From Candidatus Cloacimonadales bacterium (GTDB lineage Bacteria; Cloacimonadota; Cloacimonadia; Cloacimonadales; JAIOQZ01), in contig CAXXTU010000002.1 in the NCBI GenBank assembly GCA_963662655.2, positions 64,001 through 128,000 on the forward strand: 64,000 nt of DNA, given 5' to 3'. The position numbers were made by a program, and so were the translations under genes. The notes under the pieces were generated by a model, which was not told the origin of the DNA, did no database searches, and saw only the letters and a program-made list of their open reading frames with translations. Positions within the stretch are counted from its first letter, which is position 1; the number at the start of each line of letters is the position of its first letter. Shown here one piece after another: positions 8,197 through 16,966 of this stretch.

Positions 8197-10211
8197 AATT
8201 CAAGCTCCTTGTCCTCTTCGTATTTCTCTTTACGACTCTCGTGGCGGCACAGTACGACCACTATGCCAAGTCCCCTTACAAGGAAGGCGTTCCCCGCGAT
8301 TTTGTCCGGGATGGTATCCGGCTTTCCGACAACCAGTTGTCCGAGTTCAATGTCTTTCACGTCATGATGTTTCTGGAATCTGAGCTGGCAACTCCCGATG
8401 AGACCGCGGCGGCATATCGTCTGATCGGTGATATGATCAAGCGGGTGAAAAAATCCACCACGCCCGAAATGAGTGTGGAATCGAAGCTGGCGGTCGTGTA
8501 CGATATCGTATCCTCGCAACTCGGTTTCGCGTACGAAGGCGGTGTGAATTCCCTTTGCTCAGGCATGGGCAAGCATGTCCTCGATTGCGATATCGGCGGG
8601 TACCTTTTTATCGCTGTCGGGATGGAGATGGACTGGCCGCTCTATGCCGTGGAGGCTCCGCAACATCTCTTTGTTCGCTGGGACGATGGCCGGACGATCC
8701 TGAATTTCGAGACAACCTCCGGGACGGTCAGTTCCAACATTGCCTACATGAAAGAGATGAATCTCGATATGAAGCATCTGAAATCGGGATTGTACCTGCA
8801 CAACCTCAAGTGGGAAGAACTGGTTTCCAATTTCTATTTGAACATGGCTTCCGAATTGATGACTGTGGACAACTATCCACGAGCGCGCGTGCTTCTGGAT
8901 AGGGCAATCGAGTTGAATCCGGGGGATCCCGATGGGTATGTGAATCGGAGTAACGCCCTCAATGCGCTCGGAGAATACCGGCTGGCAATCGAGGATTGCA
9001 ACCGCGCCCTCAAAATCAATCCTGACGAAGTCAGCGCCTACATCAATCGAGGGACGGCAAAGGATCAGCTAGGGGACCATGCCGGCGCGCTGGACGATGC
9101 ACGTATTGCGCTGAAGCTCGAACCGGACAACCCCAAAATCTGGTTCAACCTCGGTCTCTTTCACAAGAACTCGGGAGATATGAGAAGAGCGCTCGAAGAT
9201 TACACGAGATCGATCGAATTGAACAACCGGTACGAGAAAGCCTATATCAACCGAGGTTTTGTTTTCCTCGATCGGGAGGAGTTCCGCCAGGCGGAGAACG
9301 ATTTTCTTGCCGCGATCGAGCTGGTTCCCGAAGATTCCGCGCCCTATTCCTATCTTGGCTCGCTATACTTCAAGCAGGAGAAGTACGCAGAAGCGCTGGC
9401 ATATTTCAGCAGGGCGATCGAGCTGGAACCGGACAATCTCACAACCCGGTACAATCGCGCTGTCGTATACTCACGTATGAACGATTTGACGAACGCCCTG
9501 GCGGATTACACGATTGTGTTGAACAGCGATCGTGAAAACGGCAGCGCTTTCCTGAATCGCGGATTGATATACAGCCAGCTTGGTGACGAGCTGTCGGCAA
9601 TTAGCGATTACAACGCCGCCCTTGCCCTGAATCCGGAGAACGTCGGCGATATTTACCTGAATCGCGGGATTTCATATCAGACGATCGGGCGGATGCGTGA
9701 GGCGATTGAGGATTATACCCGGGCGATTCGATACGACTCCACTAACGCGGACATTTTCTACAACCGGGGGAACGCGAAGTACGATGTCGGAGATATCGAT
9801 GGAGCCCTGAGCGATTACTCAACGGCGATTGACATCGGATTCTCCGAGGCAAGTGTGTACTACAACCGAGCGATCGTGTACCGGAAGAAGGGCGATTTCC
9901 GCAAGGCGATTCACGACGCGGACTGGTCGATCAAGATGAACCCCCAATACGGCGACGCATGGCTACTGCTTTCCATGCTTAAAATGGAAATCGAAGACTT
10001 CGATGGTGCGCTGGAGAGCGTGAACCGTGCGATTGTTCTGCAACCGGATAATCCATCCTCGTTTGTAAACCGCGCGAACATCCAGTACCGCATGAAGAAT
10101 TACAAAAGCGCGTTGAAAGATATAAACCGTGCCCTTACGCTCAATCCCTCCCTCTTAAACGACTACCGGGAGTTCCAGCAGCATCTGATCAACCTTGTTG
10201 AACGTCCATGA
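8193..10211 (+). CDS. Exported TPR protein with N-terminal transglutaminase-like (SirB1-type) domain
   Basis: ATGA overlap with the upstream gene; signal peptide; LDCDIG...APQHLFVRW...NFETT core; about a dozen AY.NRG...A..DY..AI TPR repeats. Confidence 0.85.
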   Translation: MKFKLLVLFVFLFTTLVAAQYDHYAKSPYKEGVPRDFVRDGIRLSDNQLSEFNVFHVMMFLESELATPDETAAAYRLIGDMIKRVKKSTTPEMSVESKLAVVYDIVSSQLGFAYEGGVNSLCSGMGKHVLDCDIGGYLFIAVGMEMDWPLYAVEAPQHLFVRWDDGRTILNFETTSGTVSSNIAYMKEMNLDMKHLKSGLYLHNLKWEELVSNFYLNMASELMTVDNYPRARVLLDRAIELNPGDPDGYVNRSNALNALGEYRLAIEDCNRALKINPDEVSAYINRGTAKDQLGDHAGALDDARIALKLEPDNPKIWFNLGLFHKNSGDMRRALEDYTRSIELNNRYEKAYINRGFVFLDREEFRQAENDFLAAIELVPEDSAPYSYLGSLYFKQEKYAEALAYFSRAIELEPDNLTTRYNRAVVYSRMNDLTNALADYTIVLNSDRENGSAFLNRGLIYSQLGDELSAISDYNAALALNPENVGDIYLNRGISYQTIGRMREAIEDYTRAIRYDSTNADIFYNRGNAKYDVGDIDGALSDYSTAIDIGFSEASVYYNRAIVYRKKGDFRKAIHDADWSIKMNPQYGDAWLLLSMLKMEIEDFDGALESVNRAIVLQPDNPSSFVNRANIQYRMKNYKSALKDINRALTLNPSLLNDYREFQQHLINLVERP

Positions 10212-10527
10212 CGCTGAGCTGTTCGAGCTCCGTGAGTTGGTTGTTGTACTCGATCGTAATCTTCTCGAGGACTTTTCGGCGTATCTCCGGGGCCATCTCC
10301 ACCAGAACCTTCAACAGCACGTCTCTCGTCATAGGATGCTTCGGAATGAACGGCTTGATGATCGGTTCTTTCTCGGGACTGAGTTCCGAAAGCACGGTCA
10401 GCCCGATCCACAAGTCTCGGCCATCGACGGACGATTCGTACGGCACGCGGATGAACGATTTCAGTTCTGCGATATCTTCCAGCAGTAACATCATCTTCTG
10501 ATGCTTCGGTTTTTGCTTGTTCGGCAT
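10189..10527 (-). CDS. Hypothetical protein (112 aa)
   Basis: Strong AAGGAG RBS before ATG; fills an otherwise empty gap; its 3' end overlaps the TPR gene by 23 bp. Confidence 0.65.
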   Translation of the reverse strand: MPNKQKPKHQKMMLLLEDIAELKSFIRVPYESSVDGRDLWIGLTVLSELSPEKEPIIKPFIPKHPMTRDVLLKVLVEMAPEIRRKVLEKITIEYNNQLTELEQLSVMDVQQG

Positions 10528-10787
10528 TGTAAAACTCCTTACAGCTACTTTCTGTTTCAGGCCTTTGCTTACAACATGGATTGCACAAACGTCAAGGATT
10601 ATTTACGAATAGCCGAAGGCGTTGCTTTCTTTCTCCGTGCGTGTTCGCGAATAGATGGAACATCTTCGACTCGCAAGAATTGAGAAATCGAGGGGAAACG
10701 CATCTGCAAGGCGGTGGTTGTGTTATTATAAAAGCTTGACGAAAAAGATGGTACGGCAAAATTGTGCGAAAAAAAGCGAGAGATTGT

Positions 10788-11951
10788 ATGGATATAAAGT
10801 TGAACATCTATGAATTTCTGAAATCGATTATCAGGCATCGGGTATTTATCATCATATTCGTCGTGATTGTCAGTATTGCTGCTGTAATCTTCAGCTTGCT
10901 GCATCCGAAGTACTGGAAAAGCGTTGGCGTTGTCAAGGTTACGGACGACGACGCGCTCTTACCCGGAGCGTTGAAGGGATTGATAAGCAGTTATTCCTCC
11001 AGTTTCGGTTCTCTTGCCGGTAACGAAGAAGCCGAGATGCAGAAGCAGATCATGCAAACGCGGGAATTCTCTGTGGACGTCATTCATAAATTCAAGCTGC
11101 TGGACTACCTTGAAGTTCCGCAGGAACTCTATACCGAAGATTCTCTCAAGGTTCTGGACGAGGCGATCGAGATGTTGGGCAAGGAAATCATGACGTTCAA
11201 CATCAACGAGGACACCGGGACGATTGCCGTCGCGGCCGAGACGAAAGACAAGTTCATGTCCATGGAAATGGTGAACTACTACATCGAAAAACTCGATTAT
11301 TACAATAAAGAAGTAAGGCTCACGAAGGGCAAAGAGAAACGGATTTTCCTCGAGGAGCGGATCCAGCAGCTCGAAAAAGAGATCGAACATTCCTCGGAAG
11401 AACTGATCGCGTTCCAGAACGAGCACAATATCATCGAGCTCCAGAGTCAGATCGGCGTCGCCCTGAAAGCCCTCGAAGGTCTGCTGGAAGAGCAGGTTTC
11501 CACGCGGGTTGAGCTTGGCTATATGAAAGAGCATTTTAACGAAGATAACCCATTGATCTTCGAGCACGAATCGCGCTTGAAAATCATCGACGAGCAGATC
11601 GACGATATGCAGTCGGAGCAGATTTCCAAATACCTGCCTCCGCTCGATAAGGTGAACTCTTTCAGCATCGAGTATGCGAAGCTGATGATGAAACTCGAAT
11701 TGTCAAAGGCGATTTATCAGGAGTTGGTTCCGCAGTATGAATACGCGAAGCTGGAAGAAATCAACAACCTCACCACCATCCAGTATATCCAGCGTCCTGC
11801 CCCGGCGGGATTGCGTGAAAGACCGAGAAGAGCGATCATCTGTATCGTCTCGTTTATCCTGGCAATCGTAGTGTCATGCCTCGCGAGTTTCACATTCGAT
11901 TTGATCCGTTCACACAAGGAAAAGTTTATCGAACTTCTCAGAACCCAGTAA
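10788..11951 (+). CDS. Wzz/GumC-type polysaccharide chain-length regulator (no kinase domain)
   Basis: N- and C-terminal TM helices, coiled-coil periplasmic part and a proline-rich PAPAGLRERPRR motif before the last TM. Confidence 0.85.
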   Translation: MDIKLNIYEFLKSIIRHRVFIIIFVVIVSIAAVIFSLLHPKYWKSVGVVKVTDDDALLPGALKGLISSYSSSFGSLAGNEEAEMQKQIMQTREFSVDVIHKFKLLDYLEVPQELYTEDSLKVLDEAIEMLGKEIMTFNINEDTGTIAVAAETKDKFMSMEMVNYYIEKLDYYNKEVRLTKGKEKRIFLEERIQQLEKEIEHSSEELIAFQNEHNIIELQSQIGVALKALEGLLEEQVSTRVELGYMKEHFNEDNPLIFEHESRLKIIDEQIDDMQSEQISKYLPPLDKVNSFSIEYAKLMMKLELSKAIYQELVPQYEYAKLEEINNLTTIQYIQRPAPAGLRERPRRAIICIVSFILAIVVSCLASFTFDLIRSHKEKFIELLRTQ

Positions 11952-11957
11952 ACGAAG

Positions 11958-13256
11958 ATGCTGAAAGTACTACGCCCATTGTCGATCCTGGTTGTGGGAT
12001 CTATCGCGGCACTGGTGATTCTCTGGCTTGCTTACATCGGGCAGAACATGTCCGTCGGCCTGTTCGCGTTCACCGTGGTTGCGCTGGGCGCAGTGATGTT
12101 GTATTTCCTCGTTGCCGGGTTGAGTGTCATGAGTGTGCTCGGGCTCTCGCCGATTCTGTTTATCAGACCGATATTCTTCCTGAATATCTGCTATCTGCTG
12201 TTACTGGTTCTTGTCTTCACGTATGAGCAGATTGTCCGTAAAAAGGTTTTCGATTTCAACATACACTATTTCCCGACTTTTCTCATTCTGCTGGCGGCCG
12301 GATTGCGTTCCTTCTTCCTGGGCGTTCGTGGCGATGGCGCTTTCATGTTCCTCATGAACGAGTGTATCACCCCCATTATCGTGTTCACCATCATCATGAA
12401 CACGAGTTTGTCGCTGGACAAGTTCAAGATGATACTGAAAGGGCATTTTACGATCGCGCTCATCCTCGGGATTGCCGGAATCGCGATTGCCGTAACTCAT
12501 CCGGGAGACCGAATCGGTTCGCTGTGGACAACCGCGATGACGATCAACGGATATTACGTTATCAATCTCTTCACCGGAATCGCGCTCATGCTGGAGGAGC
12601 AATCCTCCAACAAGCGTATGTATTACCTGGTTGCGTTGTTCCTGGTATTCCTCGGGATGGTATTCACTTACACGAAGATCGTTCTGATCGGTGTCGCGTT
12701 CGGCTTGTTCCTCATGGCGCTCAAGAAGCCGCGGCTGTTCCGCTATCTCATACCGCTGATGCTTGTCATTCCTTTTATACTACCCGGTGCAATGGTCGAA
12801 CGCCTGGTCGACGCCAAATCAGGTGACGGATCGTCCGTGATTCGTATGGTTGCGTGGTTCTACTCGATTCTGCTGATCAAGGATCACTTCTTCCTGGGGA
12901 ATGGTATCGACTCCTTTTCCGTGCTCTACGATTCGTATATGGAATGGGATTTCCTTTACGCCCGGCACTCTCACAATATTTACCTGAGGATTCTGGTGGA
13001 GATGGGAATCGTTGGTTTCATCGGGTTTTTCACGCCCATTGTCTCAATAATCAAGAAGTGCTATCTTCGGGTGAGGGAGATCAAGGACATCAGCTTCGAG
13101 TACATGCTGTTTGTCGCCATCGCCGTCGAGATGGTGTTTGGCCTCACCGACGTCTTCATCGCCCATTTCACCGTGGGCCTCTATTTCTGGATGCTGCTGG
13201 CACTGACGTACAACTACCTGCTTCACAACGGCAAACCGATCGAAGACACGGAATAG
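11958..13256 (+). CDS. O-antigen ligase/Wzy_C family membrane protein
   Basis: Polytopic membrane protein; S..IR...W and G.G..SF motifs; HSHNIYL.ILVEMGIVG motif. Confidence 0.85.
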   Translation: MLKVLRPLSILVVGSIAALVILWLAYIGQNMSVGLFAFTVVALGAVMLYFLVAGLSVMSVLGLSPILFIRPIFFLNICYLLLLVLVFTYEQIVRKKVFDFNIHYFPTFLILLAAGLRSFFLGVRGDGAFMFLMNECITPIIVFTIIMNTSLSLDKFKMILKGHFTIALILGIAGIAIAVTHPGDRIGSLWTTAMTINGYYVINLFTGIALMLEEQSSNKRMYYLVALFLVFLGMVFTYTKIVLIGVAFGLFLMALKKPRLFRYLIPLMLVIPFILPGAMVERLVDAKSGDGSSVIRMVAWFYSILLIKDHFFLGNGIDSFSVLYDSYMEWDFLYARHSHNIYLRILVEMGIVGFIGFFTPIVSIIKKCYLRVREIKDISFEYMLFVAIAVEMVFGLTDVFIAHFTVGLYFWMLLALTYNYLLHNGKPIEDTE

Positions 13257-13271
13257 TCTGTTTCCGCCTTA

Positions 13272-14102
13272 TCAACCCCTCTTTGCAATCAACTGTGTCA
13301 TCATGATATGCTTGAATCCGTAATTCCTGTACAACGTGATGGCCGGAACATCCCGCGAATATGCCTCCAGACGGATCAGTCTGCCCGGATACTCGTTCAT
13401 GAGGCGAGTCAGCAGCTTTCTGCCGATTCCGTTACGACGATAGTCGGGGTGAACGCCGATGCTGTATATATAAATGTACTCTCCGTAATCGATGGACATC
13501 AGGCAGCCGGCGAGCTTGAAGCCGTCGTTGCAGTTTATGCACTTGATGTTGTCGTACTTTGTGAGGTAATCGTGCACCAATGCGTCCCAGGAAAGCCCCA
13601 TATACTCCGGATCGTTCGGGAACACCGTAAGCTGGAAGCTCAACAAGGTCGCCTCGTCCGGCGTGATCATGTTCCAGGAGAACCGGTCCGGTTCGATCTC
13701 AGCCGGCTGCACGGGGCTGTCCATGTGGTAGCTGGAGGAGCTGTTCTCGATCTCCAGGAATTCACCCAGAAGCGGAAGCTGGGTTTTGACCGGCGACACG
13801 CTTCTGTACAGGATTGAAAGGTACTTGTATTCCCGCGATTCAAGAAGTTTCCGCACTTCCTTCATCAGCGATTCTGCTACCCCCGGCTGAAACTCCCGCT
13901 CGTGGTAGAGTGGCAGATATACAATATTCTGCTTCTGTGGGAGCGTAAAAAAGCCTTCGATGGCGCCGTCGATCTCGATGAAGAACAGCTCGAACTCCCG
14001 CTTGCGAGCGGAGAACAGAGCGGTGATATCGTCGAACATTTTCTTGGGGATGCCAATGGGGCAATCGTTGATCTGAGAGAAGCGAACGAAGATGATTTTC
14101 AT
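13272..14102 (-). CDS. GNAT family N-acetyltransferase
   Basis: C-terminal IGVHPDYRRNGIGRKL and A..LY...GF acetyl-CoA motifs. Confidence 0.85.
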   Translation of the reverse strand: MKIIFVRFSQINDCPIGIPKKMFDDITALFSARKREFELFFIEIDGAIEGFFTLPQKQNIVYLPLYHEREFQPGVAESLMKEVRKLLESREYKYLSILYRSVSPVKTQLPLLGEFLEIENSSSSYHMDSPVQPAEIEPDRFSWNMITPDEATLLSFQLTVFPNDPEYMGLSWDALVHDYLTKYDNIKCINCNDGFKLAGCLMSIDYGEYIYIYSIGVHPDYRRNGIGRKLLTRLMNEYPGRLIRLEAYSRDVPAITLYRNYGFKHIMMTQLIAKRG

Positions 14103-14130
14103 GGGGATGTCCTTGCACGATTAAAAAAGA

Positions 14131-14207
14131 TGGGGTGGCTGATGGGACTTGAACCCACGACCACAGGAGCCACAATCCTGTGCTCTGCCAGCTGAGCTAC
14201 AGCCACC
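14131..14207 (-). tRNA. tRNA-His (GTG)
   Basis: Reverse complement folds as a cloverleaf: G-1, acceptor GTGGCTG/CAGCCAC, anticodon loop TTGTGGC, T-loop TTCAAGT, discriminator C and encoded CCA. Confidence 0.97.
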
Positions 14208-14338
14208 ATATTGTAAGTGCATTTGCGAAGAACCACTAATTACATTGAGGAATCCGTGTCAATGAATTTTCGAGGTTGTCGCGAAATAATCCCGTTTGCA
14301 GCTTCATTACCAGATGCTTGCGCCCCTTGCTAATCGAA

Positions 14339-15589
14339 TCAGGGCTGCATCAGCTCGTCGATGAAGATCACGCCGACTCCGAGCTTGCGCTCCAGATCGT
14401 CCACTGTGTGGCCGTCGAGTGTGATGTTATCGGTGTTGAGGATGGAGGAGGGGAGGATGACAGCGTCATAGCCGCTTGCATTGACCTGACGGGTGATATC
14501 CTGATAGGTGAGGAGCCCCGCGACGGTTACGCACTCGCCGAGATAACGATTCTCGACTGCGATCGCGTCGGCATGAATCCCCTCGGAGGCGATATCCTCC
14601 GCGATATGCCGTATGAATGGGAACGCCAGCTTGCCCGTCACGAACAGGATGCGCGACAGGTTCTGCGCCTTGAAATCATCGATGAATTCGTCGCGATATG
14701 CGTTCCAGTTCTCGATCAGGGTGCGGATCATACCGATGCCGTTCTCGATCTGCGCGAAATCGAGGTAATAATCCTCGTCCGGTACATCGATTCCGGCGAG
14801 GAGATAAATCTCGTCGGAGCAGAAAACGCGATTGAAATCCTGCTGTGCGTTGAATCGATCGACCGTCTCGATCATGGCACGAGCTCCGTCACTATCGACT
14901 CTGTTCAGCTCGGGAAGGCGCTCCCGAAAGCGTGTCAAGCCAACCGGCACGACGCCGACGGATGTCACCAACTCAAGTGAAAGAAGGTCGCGGAGCGATC
15001 TCTCGAGGGCCTCTCCGTCATTCCATCCGGGAACCACGACAATCTGCGTGTGCATTTCGATCCCGTTTTCGTTCAGGTAGCTGAGTCGCTGCATGATATC
15101 GAAATCCTGGCGGTAGCGGAGCATTTTCTTGTGGAGGTCGCGATCCGTGGTGTGAACCGAGATGTACATGGGGGAGAGTCGCATATTCACATTATTTTCG
15201 AGCTGTTTCATCGAGAGATTGGTGAGGGTGACGAAGTTGCCGAACACGAAGGAGAAGGCGTAATCGTCGTCCTTCACGTTGAGGGATGGGCGGGACTTCG
15301 GGGGCATTTGATCCACGAAGCAGAAGATGCAATTGTTTACGCATTCCCGGCACTTATGTTGTTCGAGCTCGATGCCCATATCGCCGTCGACCATGTAGTC
15401 GTAATGTACGCGCTGAATTTCATGATTCCGGTCGAGGAATTCCAGGGAAAGGATGTCGTCGTCATCGATATGGAACTGGAAATCGAGGAAGTCGCGGATC
15501 GCATTCCCGTTGATGCGGAGAATCGAATCGCCGCTACGGATACCGACTGTTTCGGCCCAATTGGACACATGCGCTACTTTTACTGCCAT
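14339..15589 (-). CDS. DUF512 family PDZ/radical-SAM-like Fe-S protein
   Basis: N-terminal PDZ-like GD.I..ING; C.N.C.FCFVDQMP; KDDDY..SF..GNFVTLTN; QIENGIG; TVAGLLT. Confidence 0.9.
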   Translation of the reverse strand: MAVKVAHVSNWAETVGIRSGDSILRINGNAIRDFLDFQFHIDDDDILSLEFLDRNHEIQRVHYDYMVDGDMGIELEQHKCRECVNNCIFCFVDQMPPKSRPSLNVKDDDYAFSFVFGNFVTLTNLSMKQLENNVNMRLSPMYISVHTTDRDLHKKMLRYRQDFDIMQRLSYLNENGIEMHTQIVVVPGWNDGEALERSLRDLLSLELVTSVGVVPVGLTRFRERLPELNRVDSDGARAMIETVDRFNAQQDFNRVFCSDEIYLLAGIDVPDEDYYLDFAQIENGIGMIRTLIENWNAYRDEFIDDFKAQNLSRILFVTGKLAFPFIRHIAEDIASEGIHADAIAVENRYLGECVTVAGLLTYQDITRQVNASGYDAVILPSSILNTDNITLDGHTVDDLERKLGVGVIFIDELMQP

Positions 15590-16716
15590 TAGTCGTCACT
15601 CAGGATCGCCGTGATCACCCGCAGCGATTCGAACTCGCGGATAATAATATGAATGGTGAGTACGATCGGCACGGCCAGAACCATACCCACGGCTCCCCAT
15701 ACCCAGCCCCAGAAAATGAGGGCGAAGAGTATAACGACCGGCGAGAGATTGTATTGATCCCCGAGGATTTTAGGCTCGATGATGTTTCCGAAGACTGTCT
15801 GGACACCAGTCAGCGCTCCAAAGATGGCAAATGTTTGCCAGCCGAATCCATACTGGAAGATGCTGACAATGATGGGGAACATCGAGGCCAGGATCGAGCC
15901 GATATTGGGGATAAAATTCATGATGAAGAGAAGCAGTCCCGTGATAATAACGAAATCGATCCCGAATATGTAAACGAAAAACATACCGAATAGCGCGGTT
16001 CCGAGACTGATGAAGGTTTTGACAATCAGGTAGCGGATGATGTTCTTCTCAACTTCCTGGAAAATGCTGCTGGAGTGCTTCTGCTCGACCTGCGTCAGAG
16101 CGCGCGCCAGGCGTCTGGCAAAACGCTCCCGCCCCGCCACAATGAAGATCATGAAGATAATGGTCATCATGAGCTTGAACAGGAAATCGCCAAACGTCCC
16201 CATCGTGTTCGTGATCACATTCTGAATAGAGAACTGCCTGAGGATATCCGATATCTCGACGTCCGAGAAATACTCCCGTACTTGCTTCTTCAGCAGGTCC
16301 CTTTCATGCGACTCCAACGGCTTTCCGTCTTTCCCGAAGTTCTCGGGGTGCTCGATGATCTGTTCCTTGTCGATGGTATAATCCGGAAGGCGGAGTCTTT
16401 TTGCCGTATCTTCGAGGAAATGGCCGATTCTTTCTTTGTACCACGGCCAGTCGTCCGCAAAAGTCGCGATTCCAGTGTAAACAAGAGTACCGGCCAATGT
16501 AAATGTAAAGAAGATGATAACAACCAATAATGTAACCGTCAGCATTTTGGGAACTCGTTTCGAGGTGAGATATCGATTGATGGGAGAAAAAATAAATGAC
16601 AGGTAAATGGCAAACGTCAATGGGATGAAAACAGATTTCAATTGCTTGAGAATTGTAACGACAATCGTCATGACGATGATTGTTAGGCTTATGTTAATCC
16701 ACCTGTTGCTGTTCAT
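15589..16716 (-). CDS. AI-2E (PerM/TqsA) family transporter
   Basis: NFIPNIGS, GN.IEPK.LG....LSP and FWGWVWG..GM.LAVP motifs; TAATG coupling to the DUF512 gene. Confidence 0.92.
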   Translation of the reverse strand: MNSNRWINISLTIIVMTIVVTILKQLKSVFIPLTFAIYLSFIFSPINRYLTSKRVPKMLTVTLLVVIIFFTFTLAGTLVYTGIATFADDWPWYKERIGHFLEDTAKRLRLPDYTIDKEQIIEHPENFGKDGKPLESHERDLLKKQVREYFSDVEISDILRQFSIQNVITNTMGTFGDFLFKLMMTIIFMIFIVAGRERFARRLARALTQVEQKHSSSIFQEVEKNIIRYLIVKTFISLGTALFGMFFVYIFGIDFVIITGLLLFIMNFIPNIGSILASMFPIIVSIFQYGFGWQTFAIFGALTGVQTVFGNIIEPKILGDQYNLSPVVILFALIFWGWVWGAVGMVLAVPIVLTIHIIIREFESLRVITAILSDD

Positions 16717-16851
16717 GGTTTCCCCTGTATTCGTATGAATCCTGAACGAGTATTCTCGTAACAGAAATCATTAATGGGGAATGCAAAAAATGTCAAATGT
16801 TTCTTTACAAAATCTCCGGTATAATCGAGAAGTAGGAAAATTGGGTAAAAA

Positions 16852-16868
16852 CTGGCAAGGTTATTGCT
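16852..16868 (+). promoter_or_regulatory. Putative sigma-54 (-24/-12) promoter
   Basis: CTGGCAAGGTTATTGCT matches TGGCA-N6-TTGC with exact GG-N10-GC spacing, about 100 bp upstream of ATG 16967. Confidence 0.6.
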
Positions 16869-16966
16869 CTGATTATTGCAACGCATATTGTTGCGGATAT
16901 TTACAGTGAAGAATAATGTGTACGTTTTGAATATAGAAAAGACAGATAAAAAATAGTCACGGAGGA

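Noticed and set aside
14131..14207. tRNA-His as an island integration site
   Set aside because: No integrase and no duplicated tRNA 3' end seen in the window.
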